From NCBI RefSeq assembly GCF_004010195.1, contig NC_057718.1:94302617-94366616 (forward strand): 64,000 nucleotides of DNA, given 5' to 3'. The stretch's first letter is position 1, and every line of letters begins with the position of its first letter. This document shows positions 36,255 to 50,230 of the stretch, piece after piece. The notes beneath the pieces are model-generated. The model had not been told where the DNA came from. It ran no database searches and saw only the letters and a list, made by a program, of their open reading frames with translations. The position numbers and the translations under genes were made by a program. The stretch comes from Chiloscyllium plagiosum (taxonomy: Eukaryota).

Positions 36255-37660
36255 TTTAATAAAGTTAGATCAAGTGGGATCCAGTAGGACTAGCCAATTA
36301 CTTACACATTTAGTTTGAAGGTTGGGGATAAAGGGTTGCTTTTCAGACTGGAGGCCTGTGATCAGCAATGTGCCACAAGGATTGGGTCCACTGCTTTTCG
36401 TTATTTATATAAATGATTTTGATGTGAATACAGAAGGTATGGTCAGTAAGTTTGTAGAAACACCAAAATTGGTGGTATAATAGACATTGAAGAAGACTAT
36501 CTCAAGAGTACAACAGGACCTTGATCAAATGGGCCAATGGAGTTTAATTTAGATAGATATGAGGTGTGTTTTTTTTAGATTAGATTAGAATCCCTACAGT
36601 ATGGAAGCAGGCCCTTTGGCCCAACAAGTCCACACTGACCCTCCAAAGAGCAATGCACTTATCCCTGATTATTGCACCTGACACTATTGGCAATTTAGCA
36701 ATTCATCTGACTGCACATCTTTGGACTGTGGGAGGAAACCGGAGAAAAACCCACGCAGACACAGGGAAAATGTGCAAACTCCACACAGACAGTTGCCTGA
36801 GGCAGGGATTGAACCCTGGTGCTGTGAGGCAGCAGTGCTAACCACTTGAGCCACCTTGCCACCCCAAAATGTCTTACATTTTGGTAAGACAAGCCATCGC
36901 AGCGTACGTACAGTTAATGGTAGGACCACCAGGGAGTGTTGCCGAACAAAGAGTGGTGCAGATGCATAATTTCTTGAAAGTGGAGTTGCAGGTAGACAGG
37001 GTGATGAAGAAGATGTTTGGCACGTTTGTCCTCATTAATCAGAATATTGAATATAGAGTTGGGTTGTCATTTTGTGGCTACATGAAACATTGGTGAGGCC
37101 ACTTTTAGAATACTGTGTACAAATTTGGTCTTCCTTCTATAGGAAAGATGTTGTTAAACTTGAAAGGGTTCAGAAAAGATCTACAAGGATGTTGCCAGGA
37201 CTTGAGGGTTTGAGCTATCGAGAGAGGCTAATAGGCTGGGGTTATTTTCCCTGGAGTGTTGGAGGCTGAGGGGTGACCTTATAGAGGTTAATAAAATCAT
37301 GAGGGGCATAGATAGGGTAAATAGACACATTATTTTTCCAACAGTGAGTGAGTCCAAAGCTAGAGGACATAGGTTCAAGGTGAGAGGGGGAAGATTTAAA
37401 AAGGACCTGATGAGTAACCTTTTCATACAGAGGGTTGTACATGAATGGAATGAGCTGCCAGAGGAAGTGGTGGAGGCTGGTACAATTACAACATTTAAAA
37501 GGCATCTGGATGAGTATGTGAATAGGAAGGTTTAGAGGAATGTGGGCCAAATGCTGGCAAATAGTACTAGGTGAGATTGAGCTATCTGGTCAGTAGAGAT
37601 GAATTGGACCAAAGGGTCTGTTTCCATGCTGTACAAATCTATGACTCTATGAATCTATGA
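36255..37660 (+). mobile_element. CR1/HER1 3' 1.1 kb interrupted by an HE1 SINE
   Basis: GPLLFVIYINDF, LVRPLLEYCVQIWS, QRVVHEWNELPEE, (CTATGA) tail. Confidence 0.9.
36576..36864 (-). mobile_element. HE1 SINE
   Basis: Reverse-complement HE1 with (TAGAT)n tail. Confidence 0.9.
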
Positions 37661-37799
37661 CACTTAAAACTGTCAGTTAAGTAGAACAAGTATTAATTGA
37701 GATTGATGGAGTGAATTTTGACCCAGAACCTTGACTTAAATCAGACCAGTGCAAATATTGTGAGTTGTGTTTAACCCTTAATTACTTCACAATTCAGCA

Positions 37800-38060
37800 C
37801 ATTTGGATGGGCAAGCAACAGATGTGATTAGCTTCTGCCACACATTCCTTGCCTATTTGGAAACTGAGCATTCAGTTGGGAAGCAATCAGGAGATAAAGG
37901 CTACAAATGTGGCTCCCATTATTCAAGTGCTGCAAGTGCCACTCTGATTCCAAAATTATACCAATGGCACAAGTGCGAGAGCTACAACAGATACTTTTTA
38001 ATATCCCTCCTCAAATCCTCCTCCAGTCTTTTCAGGAGTGTAGGGTTCAACCCCAACACT
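37800..38060 (+). mobile_element. Possible PIF/Harbinger transposase remnant
   Basis: GDKGY followed in shifted frames by SARATTDTF and LLKS, recalling HARBI1-type GD(K/S)GY...R..IER.FG.LK. Confidence 0.35.
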
Positions 38061-39404
38061 GTCACCATGTATTAATATCACAAACAGGTCCTGGGAGCCT
38101 TAGATAGATTCAGATGTCATACCATTCTAGAGTAACATGATCAACGTTTGGTTACTATTTATACCATGTACAGAGGCATGGTAGAGTTGCACTTGAAACT
38201 TCATCGAAAATGTCCCAGTCCCATGATTTATCACTGAAGTTGCAGTCTTGCTGCTAGCATACAGCTCTTACTCCCATACCTTATTTTTAATTGAATTCTG
38301 AATGAATCCAGTGCAGCTTTTTGCCTGACAGCCTACCAGATTGTCAGTCAGCTTGGGGGATGGAAGTATAAGTGTATCGAGGATGGAGGCCACACTCAAG
38401 GGTCCATTAGACCATGTTGAGAGCTGCAATTGGCAAAGGAAGGATCGAGTGCTGGATAGGTATATTCCGATATTTTAACCAGCCCTTACACTGGATCCTA
38501 ACCCACCCATTGAAATTGACAGGCCGCAGTGCTGGTGCCGCTGAATTCAAGGTTTTCCGGTCACCAAATGAGGCTAAAGATCTTTCATTGGGTTTGGGTG
38601 TCTTCAGCTAGGTCATTATTCTTTGTCCATTTCTAATTTCCCTCACTAGGCTATTTCAGAGGTTAGTGTCAACCACGTTTTGTGGGTCTGGAATCACAAG
38701 TAAGCCAGACTGGGTAAGATGATGACAGATTTCTTTCCATGAGAAACTTTTGTGAACCTAATTAGGTGACTATGGAAGATATGACAAGTGGCATCAGTGT
38801 ACTATATTAATGGCCTTGAATTCAATTTCTGCATTGGAACATCACTGGAGTGTCATTGATAAAATGTGAAGAATTTCTTCCAATACAGATATTTAATGAT
38901 CCTTGTTTGCTCTTATAGTACTCTTCCCTGTAGCTTCTTTAATAAACAATTTTTCCTCTCCTAACAACTTTAACTGTTGTACTTCCCATCCACTCTGTCC
39001 TTAGAATTATATTGGAATGATGCTGAAAATAATAATGACTTGTAACACTGGAACAAAGTGCTCAAAATATTGTCTTCACGTAGCATGAGAACACTGCATA
39101 AAACCAGGATCACATATGGGTGTGGAATCACAAATCCCCTTACAGTACCAAGGTGTTGACATTATTGATGCAGGGATGAGAGACAATGTAGGAGACAAAA
39201 CATGGGATGGTGTAGATCTAATCTAGTTTGAGATTACCATTAAAGTTATCCAGCTTTGCCTTCCACTTCAGAAACCCACTCATTTCTACTTCTTTAACTG
39301 GATGTTGTGTTTTATGAACACATTATCAAACCTACCCATTTGCTCTTTCAATATACAGGTATAAACTCCAGGCAAGAGGAGGAACCATCATCAGGTGTAG
39401 TTGG

Positions 39405-39548
39405 GCACCTTCTCTGCAACTCGCTCTGTTCTATCACCCTAATGCAGTTTGTATGGTACGATCTGCCTGTACTGCACACAAAACAAATGTTTTCACTGCA
39501 CCTAGACATGTGATAACAATAAATCAAATCAAATCAAATCAAATCAAA
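39405..39548 (+). mobile_element. 3' end of Rex1/Babar-type LINE with (AAATC)n tail
   Basis: Matches reverse complement of 44820-44940. Confidence 0.7.
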
Positions 39549-41524
39549 ACCCTTCCTGGTTCATTAATGCCCTTCAGGCAAGGAAATCTGGCAACCTTAC
39601 CTGGACTGGCCGATGAGTGACTCCAGATCTACAACAAATGGTTGACTTTGATCAGCCATTGAGGAGACAGAAGGTGAGTTACTTGCTGTGAATTTCCAAG
39701 CCACTGAACTGCTGCTATAGCCACAGATAGTCACAGAATGGATATGGACATTCCAATTGTTATGGACCAGACCCCCTCAAAACAGTTCACAAAAGTAGCC
39801 TAGACCCTAACTTTGCTAGTTGTTTTAAGCAGGTGTACAGTGGATATTCCAGGAGTGGTTGGAGGTGGCCATTACCTGGCAATTGTGTGGTGCAAATGTC
39901 ACTTGCCACTTATTAACCCAAGCCTATACGTAGTCCAGAGTTTACAGCATATGGACATGGATTGCTTCAGCATCTGCTGAGTCACAAATGATGCTGAACA
40001 TTGTGCGGTCATTGACAAACATCCCCATCTCTGCCTTCATGATGGAAGGAAGGTCTTTGATGAAGCAGGTGAAGATGGGTGTGACATTTGTGTGGCCTCT
40101 GGGTATTGATACAGATGTCAGAGACAGTACATTTTATGAGGGTTCTGGGTGAAATTGTGAAACCTTTACATTGTGCAACAGTTCAATTGGACAAATGCAA
40201 TTAGATTTACTCAACCGGACTGGTTGGTTGTACCTTGATGCTGGGGAAAGGTAGTCATCAACTCTATTTTCTACCTCCTTGAGTAGCTGTTGTGCTTTCT
40301 GCCCCCAGGCCCTCCATATTCAATTGTCATTGGATGGCATATAAAAAAAAAGGTTGCAGCACACAGTGATATTTAATACCTTAGCTGACTAATACTGCGA
40401 ATCACTGCTGGAAAGTCCTTGCTTTTCTGTGCCTGCTGTGCTTGATGATAGTTCTGCAATGTATGGCTGTCAGAGAGATACAATGACCCTTTGGTACAGT
40501 AGATGTTCCTGGTATCCTCATGCATGTTTGTGTTGGAGACACATAATGAGGACACAGAAGATTGCTTTAAAATGAAATCATCATTACTTGTTGACAGATG
40601 AGTGGGCATTCACGTGCATTATAACTGAACAGAATGGCATGATGCTGTCTTCCCCTCTCCCTGTCTCTCCCTCTAAGTCGGACTGAAATGACCAGTGATT
40701 CCTTCACACAGAGAGTGGTGAGCATGTGGAGTTCTCTGTCACAGACAGTATTTGAGGCTTAAACACTGATTGTCTCCAAGAAAGAAATGGATATAGTTCT
40801 TATAACTGCAGGGTTCACAGGATATGGAGAGAAATTGGGAACAGAGTAATGAGTTGGCTGATCAGCCATGATCATATTGAATGGTGTAGCAGACTTGATG
40901 GGAGGAATGGCCTACTCCTGCTCCTTTTCTCTATCCTTCAATTACAGTATTATAAATGGTGCATTGAGGAAACAAACCCCTTCGAAAATGTCCTTCTTGC
41001 CACTGGAAAAATCTAAAATAACTGCTTTCACTTGTGAAAATACAATGGCATATCAATCACCAACTGGATACATATGTGAGCCAGGGTTTGCTGATGATCC
41101 AACCCACCAATTGAGAAAGTTCAAAGCTAAAGTGAGCAAAGCACTGACTGGCAGCATGGTGCCCATTCTCCAGGTTGGTTTGAACTATATGGCACCACCT
41201 CCCTGATGAATCCTAGCCTTCATGTGTAGCATTCCTCAGTCAAAGGTTTGCCTACTATGACTGAACTGACTGCAGACCGCAAATGGACCCAGTGCAGAGG
41301 CGATTGAGGCCCTACTTACTTTTCCAGAGCCATCACAGGCCCTGGAATTGGCAGCTGATGCATCAGCAGAGGCAATGTTGGCGAGGTGGGCCCAGTGACA
41401 AATGATGGTGCCTGAGGACAGGCGATCTCGTTGTTGGTTGAGTCCAGCTTCACAGCAAAAGTGCATCACGGCAACATCAATGAGGTGGGCACAGCGGTGA
41501 GATACATGACTTTGACACTGGTGG

Positions 41525-41640
41525 AGAAAGTGAGGACTGCAGATGCTGGAGATCAGAGCTGAAAATGTGTTGCTGGAAAAGCACAGCAGGTCAGGCAGCA
41601 TCCAAGGAGCAGGAGAATCGATGTTTCGGGCATGAGCCCT
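41525..41640 (-). mobile_element. Mini Penelope terminus insertion
   Basis: Duplication CTTTGACACTGGTGG at 41510-41524 and 41639-41653; stops inside hammerhead stem II. Confidence 0.9.
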
Positions 41641-41754
41641 TTGACACTGGTGGGTCTAGTACAGGTGGTGGAGGAGGAGGAGTATTAGTCCTGCGGCAAA
41701 GATGATGCCTGAGGATTGGTGACTTCGATGTTGCTTGAGTCTGGTGTAGATGGC

Positions 41755-42105
41755 GATGAAATGGTGCCTTTCTCAACTCCAGGATCTCATTAAAATAGCT
41801 TGCAGCCAATGAAGTATTTCTGAAGTGTAGTTACCCTTGGAAAGCAGGAAATGCATCAGCCAATTTACATACAGGGAGTTCCGTCAAACAGCGATTGGAT
41901 AATGACCAGATAATTGTTATTAACAGTGCAGATTGAGGGATGAATATTAACCAAGACATCGGAGGATCTTTTACTGCCAGTTTGAGAGGGAAAATGGGGG
42001 AATTCAATTTAAAGACTAATCTGAAAGATGGTAGATGCCCTCAACTAATCAGCCTAGAACATATGCTTATGCCTCTAGTCACTCGATGGTGCAGAACTTG
42101 AATAT
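41755..42105 (-). mobile_element. Deu-domain SINE (SacSINE1/AmnSINE1-like), old
   Basis: CAGCCAATGAAGTA..GAAGTGTAG..GATAATGACCAGATAAT..GAGGGATGAATATT..GGATCTTTTAC matches recalled DeuSINE reverse complement; further pieces ~32180-32275, ~61785-61865. Confidence 0.7.
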
Positions 42106-43178
42106 AGCTGATAAGAGAGAGACACCTTGTGCTCATCAGAACACATACATGAATGCCAAGTTTCAAATGATAAAAACAATTTATAGCGTAAAAAGAAAGG
42201 GCACCGACTGGCTGACATGTTGACTTTAATTGGCCGAGGTGACATCCATTCATGTGTTCCATTCAGAAACCAGCTTTGTATAAATAGACACAGCAGACTG
42301 AATGGTCTTCTCTTGCACAATAACAAATCTGTGATTCTATAATATGCAATGATTTGGTGAGTGATACAGCATAAACAATTTCACTCAAATACAAATAATT
42401 AATTTAAGTAAGTTCTATTATCCGTTTCAAATGTTTGTTCTGCAACCTTAGAATCACTGTGTTGAATGACTTAATTTTTCAAAATTAAAATCCAGAAAGT
42501 ATCTTTTATATGGATTCAAATACATTAGCTAGAAAAGAATTGTGCAATTGATTTTTACAAACCTTGTTAGAGACTCCAAAGTTACTGAGAATTCTCAATG
42601 CTGAATGATTCCATGACAATGCCCTTTTCACTGAACTATCATTCCACAATCCCTTTCACTTTGTTGGTTCAACTGAAACATATTTCATGAGTTCACAGTG
42701 ACATTGAAGTTTAGAGTAATAACAAAATAATTATAGTGGTGTTTAATCCACATGGTAAATGTTTGAGGTGAGAGATTTAATTTTTTTAAGAATGGTAGCA
42801 TCTCAAATTATTATCTAGAGAATTTGTCAGGAAAGCTAAACACGAACATCCACTGCTCAGGTGGCTGAATGTCTGGCTTGTGATGTTGGAGCCAAAAGTG
42901 TAAGTTCAAATCTTAGACTGGTGGAGGTCAATATGAATTCACTGCCGCCTCAATCTTGCCACTCACCCATGGCATGGTAACCTTCCAGCTGTTCACTCGA
43001 AAGAGAGAGAGAGAGAGAAGTCTCTGAGACCATAGTGGATCATCTCTTGGTGAAGGTGAAACCATTACATTTGTCAAAATTGTCTTAGCCATTTGGAAGG
43101 CTATTTCAAAATATATGTTTGACTTTCTGCAGATTATATGGAAGCTGGAGGAGAAAGGATGGGTCAAGAATTGAACAA

Positions 43179-43275
43179 GTCAAAAAGTGTGTTGCTGGAA
43201 AAGCACAGCATGTCAGGCAGCATCTGAGGAGCAGGAGGATCGACGTTTCAGGCTTAAGCCCTTCATCAGGAATGA
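43179..43275 (-). mobile_element. Penelope terminus with intact hammerhead core
   Basis: Minus: UC-CUGAUGA-A-GGGC uuaa GCCU-GAAAC-GUC-GA. Confidence 0.85.
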
Positions 43276-43472
43276 AGCAAGGCAATTGACGACCATAAGA
43301 TTGAGTCTGTAGGTCAATAGTAGAGGGCACAGTGCTGAATGAGCAAGAATATCGGACAAGAGCAGGAAATTGGGATTAGTGCAATTTTAGAGGTTGTTAT
43401 GTTGATGTAGACTCAATGGGCTGAAGGGCATTTTCTGCACTGTATGTATCTATTAATCAATAATTAGTTCTG

Positions 43473-43558
43473 TATATGTGTGTGTGAGTATGTGTGAATG
43501 TGTGTGTGTGAGTATGTGCATATGTGTGTGTCTATATTTGTGCATGTGTATGTGTGTG
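43473..43558. repeat. Degenerate (TG)n microsatellite
   Basis: Directly visible. Confidence 0.85.
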
Positions 43559-44997
43559 GTTAGGAGTGGGGTGGAATTTTCCTGTTCATTGCTCCTTCGT
43601 GCCTTCCCCTCACAATTCTAGCCAGAATGGAAGTGACTGAATAATTTTTTGGATTATCTGATCTTGGGGCCACAGTGCTGTAAATGATTGGGATTAATTA
43701 TATAATGGGATGTATTTTACCCACCCCCTCAGGACTAACTGAGTGGCACTGGGATTGGGGGCGTAACTTAGCAAGGTGCAGACAGGTTGGGGGAGAGACA
43801 GGTTGGTGGTCAGCCACATTTCCATCACTTTCCCAGCAAGGGGGCAGTGAAGGATGGCTCTCCCACACAGAGCCTGACTGAGCCTCTGAAATGGCCAATG
43901 AAGGACTCCCTGATGGCACTGCCAGCATCCTGCCAATTGGCCCTTTGCACAGAGAGCCTGATGAACATGGGCAGCCTCCCTGTGGTCCCAGTGGACAGGG
44001 ACAGGGGGTGGTAGTGGGCAGGCCTCCCAAATCAGGCACTTTTGTTGCCCACTGTCAGTAGTGGTCACTTTGGTGAAACAATCCACCCTCACCGTGGTGA
44101 CTCACTTGACCAGCTGACCGACGCAATCACACCAGCTCCTTTGGGCACGACGCCAGAACACTCAGCTCCTTTTATGAGGCAAAGATGCTCAGTCCTGGTC
44201 TTGGATTCTGTTTGCTGTCGATCTTCAGAATATTGGAGTTCAGCTATTCAGCCCCTGCCCTGTTTAAAGAGATTTTGCTTATCACGATAGAGGTAGTTGG
44301 AGGTCTGTTCTGCTGTAAGCTCAGTCCTAACTCCCTAAACAATGCCTGAACTGCCCCACAAATGGCCTCCCACTCTGGCCATGGATTATTAATCGCGGTG
44401 CCTGTGAGGGCTGGATGGCAGGGTCAGGAGTAGGATTTAAGGATGGCCTCGTTCACCCCTGGTCAGCTGTTCAAGCCTCTAAGCAAGATCTGGGCTTCAG
44501 CCTCACTGGGAGCACCATACCCCCAGCCATCTCAAAGACCCAGCAAGTGTCACCAATTGTGCCACGAAATGGGAAGACTGAACAACGACAGCTACCCACC
44601 GGTGGGGGTGAGGTAGTCACTGTTGGTCAGGCGTTGCGATGGTATTTTGGAGCCGTCCTGTCACATGATTCTCATGTCTGGTTCCAGGAAAATTCAGCCC
44701 AAGAGATTAAATGCAGCAAAAACCAGCTGACAGCATGGAATCTGGCATGAACGCAGCCGCTACTAAATGTACACACTTAATATTGCAAAATCCCAAAAAG
44801 TTACTGCAGCCTGGAGTTTAAGTTTGATTTATTGTTGTCACATGTACTAAGACACAGTGACAAGTGTTGTTTTATGTGCTCTGCAGGCATTTAATACTAT
44901 GCAAAGTTCATCAGGGTAGTAAAAAAGAGTGCAGAATGCAGTGTTACAGCCACAAAGAAGATGCAGAGAGAGAGAGATCAGCATTAATGTTTGAGAG

Positions 44998-45397
44998 TCA
45001 AGATTAAAGTAGTGCTGGAAAAGCACAGCAGGTCAGGCAGTATCCAAGGAGCAGGAAAATTGATGTTTCGGGCCAAAGCCCTTGAACAGGAATGAGGCTG
45101 GGAACCTCAGGGATTGAGAGATAAATGGGAGGAGGGTGGGGCTGGGGAGAAGGTGGCTGAGAGTCCAATACATCGATAGAGGTGGGGGGGTGAAGGTGAT
45201 AGGTCAAGAGGTGGGCGGAGCGGATAGGTGGGAAGGGAGATTGACAGGTAGGACAGGTCATGAGGATGGTGCTGAGCTGGAAAATTGAAACTGGGGTAAG
45301 GTGGGGGGAATGGAAATGAGGAAACTGGTCAAGTCCACATTGATGCCATGGGGTTGAAGGGTTCCGAGGTGGAAGATGGGGTGATCTCTCTACAAGG
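44998..45397 (-). mobile_element. Penelope-like insertion (400 bp)
   Basis: Perfect 15-bp TSD ATTAATGTTTGAGAG (44983-44997, 45398-45412). Confidence 0.9.
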
Positions 45398-46112
45398 ATT
45401 AATGTTTGAGAGGCCCATTTAAAAGTCTGGTAACAGTGGGGAAGAATCTGTTCTTGAATCTGTTCATATGTGTATTCAAACTGCTATATCTTCTGTCTGA
45501 TGGAAGAGGGTGAAAGAGAGTATAACTGGGATGGGAGGGGTCTTTGATTATGTTGGTTGCTTTCCCGAGGCAGCGAGAAGTATAGATGGAGTCAATGGAG
45601 GGAAGGCTGGTTTGCGTGATGGACAGGGCTGTGTTCATTTCCTGAGGTCTTGAGAAGAGCAGTTATCACCCCATGCTGTGTTGCAGCCCAACAGAATGCT
45701 TTCTATGGTGCATCTGTAAAAATTAGTAAGAATCTTTGTGGGCATGTCAAATTTCCTTAGCCTCCTGAGGAAAGAGAAAAGTTGTTGTGCTTTCTTGACT
45801 GTCGCATCAACGTGGGTGCTGATGATCAACCATCTTCACCTCAGCACCATTGGTGGATACAAGGTTGTGTCCTCCACTCTGCTTCCTGAGGTCAATGACC
45901 AGGTCTTCCATTTTACTGAAGTTTTGGGAGAGATTATTCTCTTTACACCATGCCGTTAAACACTCAGTCTCTTTCCTGTATTCTGTCTCAGCATTGTTTG
46001 AGATCTGACTTAAAACAGTGGCATCATCAGCAAACCTGCAAATGCAGTTGGGATGGAATTTGGCCACACAGTCATGACTTTATAAAGAGTATAGTAAGGG
46101 GTTGAGTACGCA

Positions 46113-46208
46113 GTCAAGATTAGAGTGGTGCTGGAAAAGCACAGCAGGTCAGGCAGCATCCGAGGAGCAGGAGAATTGATGTTTCAGGCAAAAGCCCTGC
46201 ATCAGGAA
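46113..46208 (-). mobile_element. Penelope terminus
   Basis: Same terminal repeat; hammerhead core degenerate. Confidence 0.85.
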
Positions 46209-48023
46209 GCCTCGTGGGGCACTGATAGTGGAGGAGTCCTGTCAACTATTCTTACCGATTGTAGTCTATGGGTGAGGAAGTCGAGGATCTAGTTACAGAG
46301 CGGGGGAACTGAGACCTAGATTTCAGTGTTGAAATCTATTGAAGACTTCCTTGCAAGACTTGGAATACAATGCTTTTTAATAATAGATGATTGCAGAACA
46401 AGTGAACAACAGAAGGGTGCCTGTTCACAATTTATGTCAATACATTCTGATGGATCTTGCATTTATGCTATCTTTTTAAATTAATGGACGACTTTCATTT
46501 TGAGTTCTTTTGCCAAAAGAATCATGTTTTAGACAAATCAAGGCAATAAATAAATAGAAAATGAAATGGAAAATACTGAATTTGTGTCACCATGAAGTAT
46601 TTTGTCAAGTGGTTTGATACCACACTATAAGTTTAGGTTCTTTATAGACTGGTTGAGGAGAAGGCAAGTCAAGGCTTTAATGATAGACTCCAATGTAATA
46701 CCATCTATTACACATTAAAATGCTGTATATGGCGTTCATGGATATACAAAGCTCTGAATCAGTCCTTGCCCACATAGAACAAGACCTGGAAAGCTTTCGG
46801 GTTTGATCTACAGTTACATTGGTAAGGATTAATCTATATTCTTCATGTATTACATGTATTACATTCATGTGCTCTCTGTGATTTGTTCAGAGAATGTCTC
46901 TCTCTATTGTGTCTCCCTGAATGTTCCTGCCAATCTGTTCTATCTCTACCATGTTGTGGTATCTATACCCAGTGATATGCAACTCCATGATGTCATCACA
47001 AAGGTTGCTTCAGGGTCATAACCTGAAGAGCCACTGTTGTTGAAGAGCTGTGCTGACATGTGTGGATGATGTGGCCAAGGAACTGCAGGTAGATTATGAT
47101 AATGGTTTTGGAATATGGTTGTGCTCTTCACCATTTAGATGCTTCTTAAAGTCAGTCTAATTGTCTGAGCTTTTGATCTCTTGCTCTTATTTATCTTCAT
47201 GTATGTTCTTGTCAAATTCCTTCTGATAAAACTCCTGTGGAGGCCCTTGTGAGGTTTAATTATGTTTAATGTTCCTGGTAAGTGTAAGATGTTGTTATTG
47301 TATGTGAATAGAGCTAATAGACCATATGTGTGAGTAGCAATTCTATTCTAGTCCCTGCACACTATGGAAGCAACACTCAGTAAGGTCAGCCTGACCAGGG
47401 CTGTATCTGGTTTGCTGGATTTTTGTTCTCAGATTTCAATTACTCATACTGGAATTGCAAAATAACATCAAAGAAAAATGTGATAAACATTGAGGCATCT
47501 CATTGGCCATTTTAAACATTCACTGCCTCTGTCACCAGAATGATTCACAAATGTATCCACAGAAGTCATGCAACTGAATGGTTACATGATGGTGTTAATG
47601 GTCCATAAGAGTGGAAATGTGAAACAAAAACAACAGTTTGGAAGCTAATAATATGCTGCAGCACCTCCTGTGCTCACTTGTCAGTAGGCCCTGTCATCTC
47701 CAGGGCCAATTGGGTGTGAATGTAACCACAGGGTAGAGGCAGACACTTGAATCTAATCGCCCTCCTCTCTACACTGTTGCTCGAGTGCAGGCTTTTCAGA
47801 AGTTGTGAATTTCAGAAGTGTCCATTCTGGACAGTGCATTCCAGGTTCCCACCACCTCATAAATGAATCTTTTTCCTCAAACTGCCTCTAAATCCTGTGG
47901 CATCTTAAAATTCTGCCCCCTTGTTACTGACCCTTCAACTAAGGAGACAGCTGCTTTCCATTCACCCTGCCCTTGCCCCCCATAATCTTATACGTCACAA
48001 TCTCATCCTTCTCTGCTCGAAAG

Positions 48024-48815
48024 GAGGAGAAAGTGAGGACTGCAGATGCTGGAGATCAGACTTGAGAGAGTGGTGCTGGAAAAGCACAGCACGTCAGACA
48101 GCATCTGAGGAGCAGGGGAATCGATGTTGTGGGCATAAGCCTTCATTCCTGATGTCATTCATAACTTACTTAGATTACTTACAGTGTGGAAACAGGCCCT
48201 TCGGCCCAGCAAGTCCACACCGACCCTCAGAAGAGCAACCCACCCAGACCCATTCCCCCATTTACCCCTTCACCTAACACTATGGGCAATTTAGCATGGC
48301 CATTTCACCTGACCTGCACATTTTTGGACTGTGGGAGGAAACCGGAGCACCCGGAGGAAACCCACGCAGACACGGGGAGAATGTGCAAACGCCACACAGT
48401 CGGTCGCCTGAGGTGGGAATTGAACCCGGGTCTCTGGCGCTGTGAGGCAGCAATGCTAACCACTGTGTCACCATGCCGCCCATGATGAAGGGATGGTGCC
48501 CAAAACGTCGATTCTCCTGCTCCTCACATGCTGCCTGACCTGCTGTTCTTTTCCAGCACCACACTCTCCGACTCTGATCTCCAGTATCTGCAGTCCTCAC
48601 TTCCTCCTGGTTGATTTCAATCCTACTGCGAAGCCTCTTCCAAGAATGCCTACCTTGAAGAAGTTCTCCTCCTCTCTCTACAAGGATCTCAGTGAGTCTC
48701 TCTCTCTCTCTCTCTCACTCTCTGCACTCCCCGCCAGGTCTCATTCTGATGAAGGACTTATGCTCAAAACATCAATTCTCCTGCTTCTCGGATGATGCCT
48801 GACCTGTTGTGCATT
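48024..48815. mobile_element. Composite Penelope insertion: one inverted and two tandem termini, with HE1 in the middle
   Basis: Termini at ~48026-48150 (-), 48481-48608 (+), 48742-48815 (+); flanks TCTGCTC(G/T)AAAG. Confidence 0.85.
48165..48481 (-). mobile_element. HE1 SINE, young
   Basis: Full-length reverse-complement copy with intact boxes. Confidence 0.92.
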
Positions 48816-50230
48816 TTTCTGCTCTAAAGAAAACAGCCTGAGTTTATCAAAAATGCTCCATCACAGACAACATCCTGGTGAATCTCCTCTGCACCCTCTC
48901 CATTGCAATCAGCTCCTACCTATCGTGCAGTGACCAGAAGTGCACACAGACCTCCAGCTGTGGCCTAACAAAACTCCTGTACAGCTCAAACATTACCACC
49001 CTGCCACAAATGATTAAGGCAAATGTCCCATTTACCTTCTGAACTACCCTATTAACCTGTCCTGTCACATCAGGGATCTCTGCACAAGCATCCGAAGATC
49101 CCTCTGCTCCTGTGAGCTTCCTAACGTCCTGTCATTAATTGCAGACTCCCTTGTCTTGTTATTTCTTACAGGGTTATAGAGTCACAGAGCCATACAGCAC
49201 AGAAAGAGACCCTTCTGTCCAACTCATCCATGCCAACCATGTTTCCCAAACTAAACCATTCCCATTTGCCTGTGTTTGGCCAATATTCCTCTAAACCTTT
49301 CCTATTCATGTATCGATCCAAATATCTTTTAAATGTTGTAACTGTACCTTCATCTCCCACTTCCTTTGGCAGTTCATTCCACATACAGACCACCCTCTAT
49401 ATTAAAGCTGTTTTTCCATTGTTTGAAGGAATTGTCTCTTAATTCTTTGGCCAGGCAGCGCAGGCAAGTCAGAGGACCTTCTCATGGATCTGCTCCTGGA
49501 CCGAGATAAAGTAAACAGGCAACAGGGAAGTGTTATAACAGTCAAGGCTATGGGCCGTGTGCTGGAAAGTGGGACTGGTATAGATTTAGTGCACTTTTGT
49601 CAGCACATGCTCAATGGGTTGATGGACCCCTTCTGTATTGCATGATTCTATGAACCCACATGAAAATAGAGCACAGAATCCTCAGTGTTGGAAAGGTACA
49701 GGTGGCCAAGAAGCTCACTACTGCATAGAGACTTCCCCACAGCAAATGGAGAGAGGTGGAGGTGCAGACAATGTCAGATCTATCTTGGAGACTGGTTGCA
49801 CTTTTCCTGATCATTGTGGCCACAAGCACTCAATTCCATACCCCATCTATCGCCACACATAGTGAAGCCTGTGAACTATCTTATTGAAAATTTATTGAGA
49901 CTCACCTCACCAAGCAAAGAAAATAAAAGAGGGACAATGTTTGCCAAATTACAGCAATCCACTGGAGTACAGTCTTGGTCCACATCAGGGGGCCAAACTG
50001 TAGTTGGAGTGCCCTCATAAATTGAGTGTCGAGAAGGGAATGATGGACTCATTCTGTGAAACAAGCTGGGGTAGATTTGAACTTTTGTGTGAGTGGCCTT
50101 GCAAATCCATCCTCCACTGAAACAAGATGTACGGTTGACAATTCAATCTCTCTTTGCTAAAACAAATTAAGAACTTTGGGTGGGAGAACAACAGGATCCA
50201 GCAATTATATTTCAGACACTTGAAATATGT

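Larger units (their letters stand above)
44820..46320 (-). mobile_element. Rex1/Babar-type LINE 3' fragment with two Penelope insertions
   Basis: RFADDATV..ISNNAETEYRKE..AWCKENNL; KKAQQ..FLRRLRKF..LTNFYRCTIESIL; IIKDPSHP..LF.PLPSDRRY. Confidence 0.9.
47830..49398 (-). mobile_element. CR1 fragments hosting a nested Penelope/HE1 insertion
   Basis: CR1 sequence at 47830-48023 resumes at ~48817-49165; separate HER1 3' end 49178-49398 (WNELPKE). Confidence 0.75.

Noticed and set aside
46940..47140. Possible RTE LINE 3' remnant (HIPK...GIDTTTW)
   Set aside because: Similarity too weak to support.
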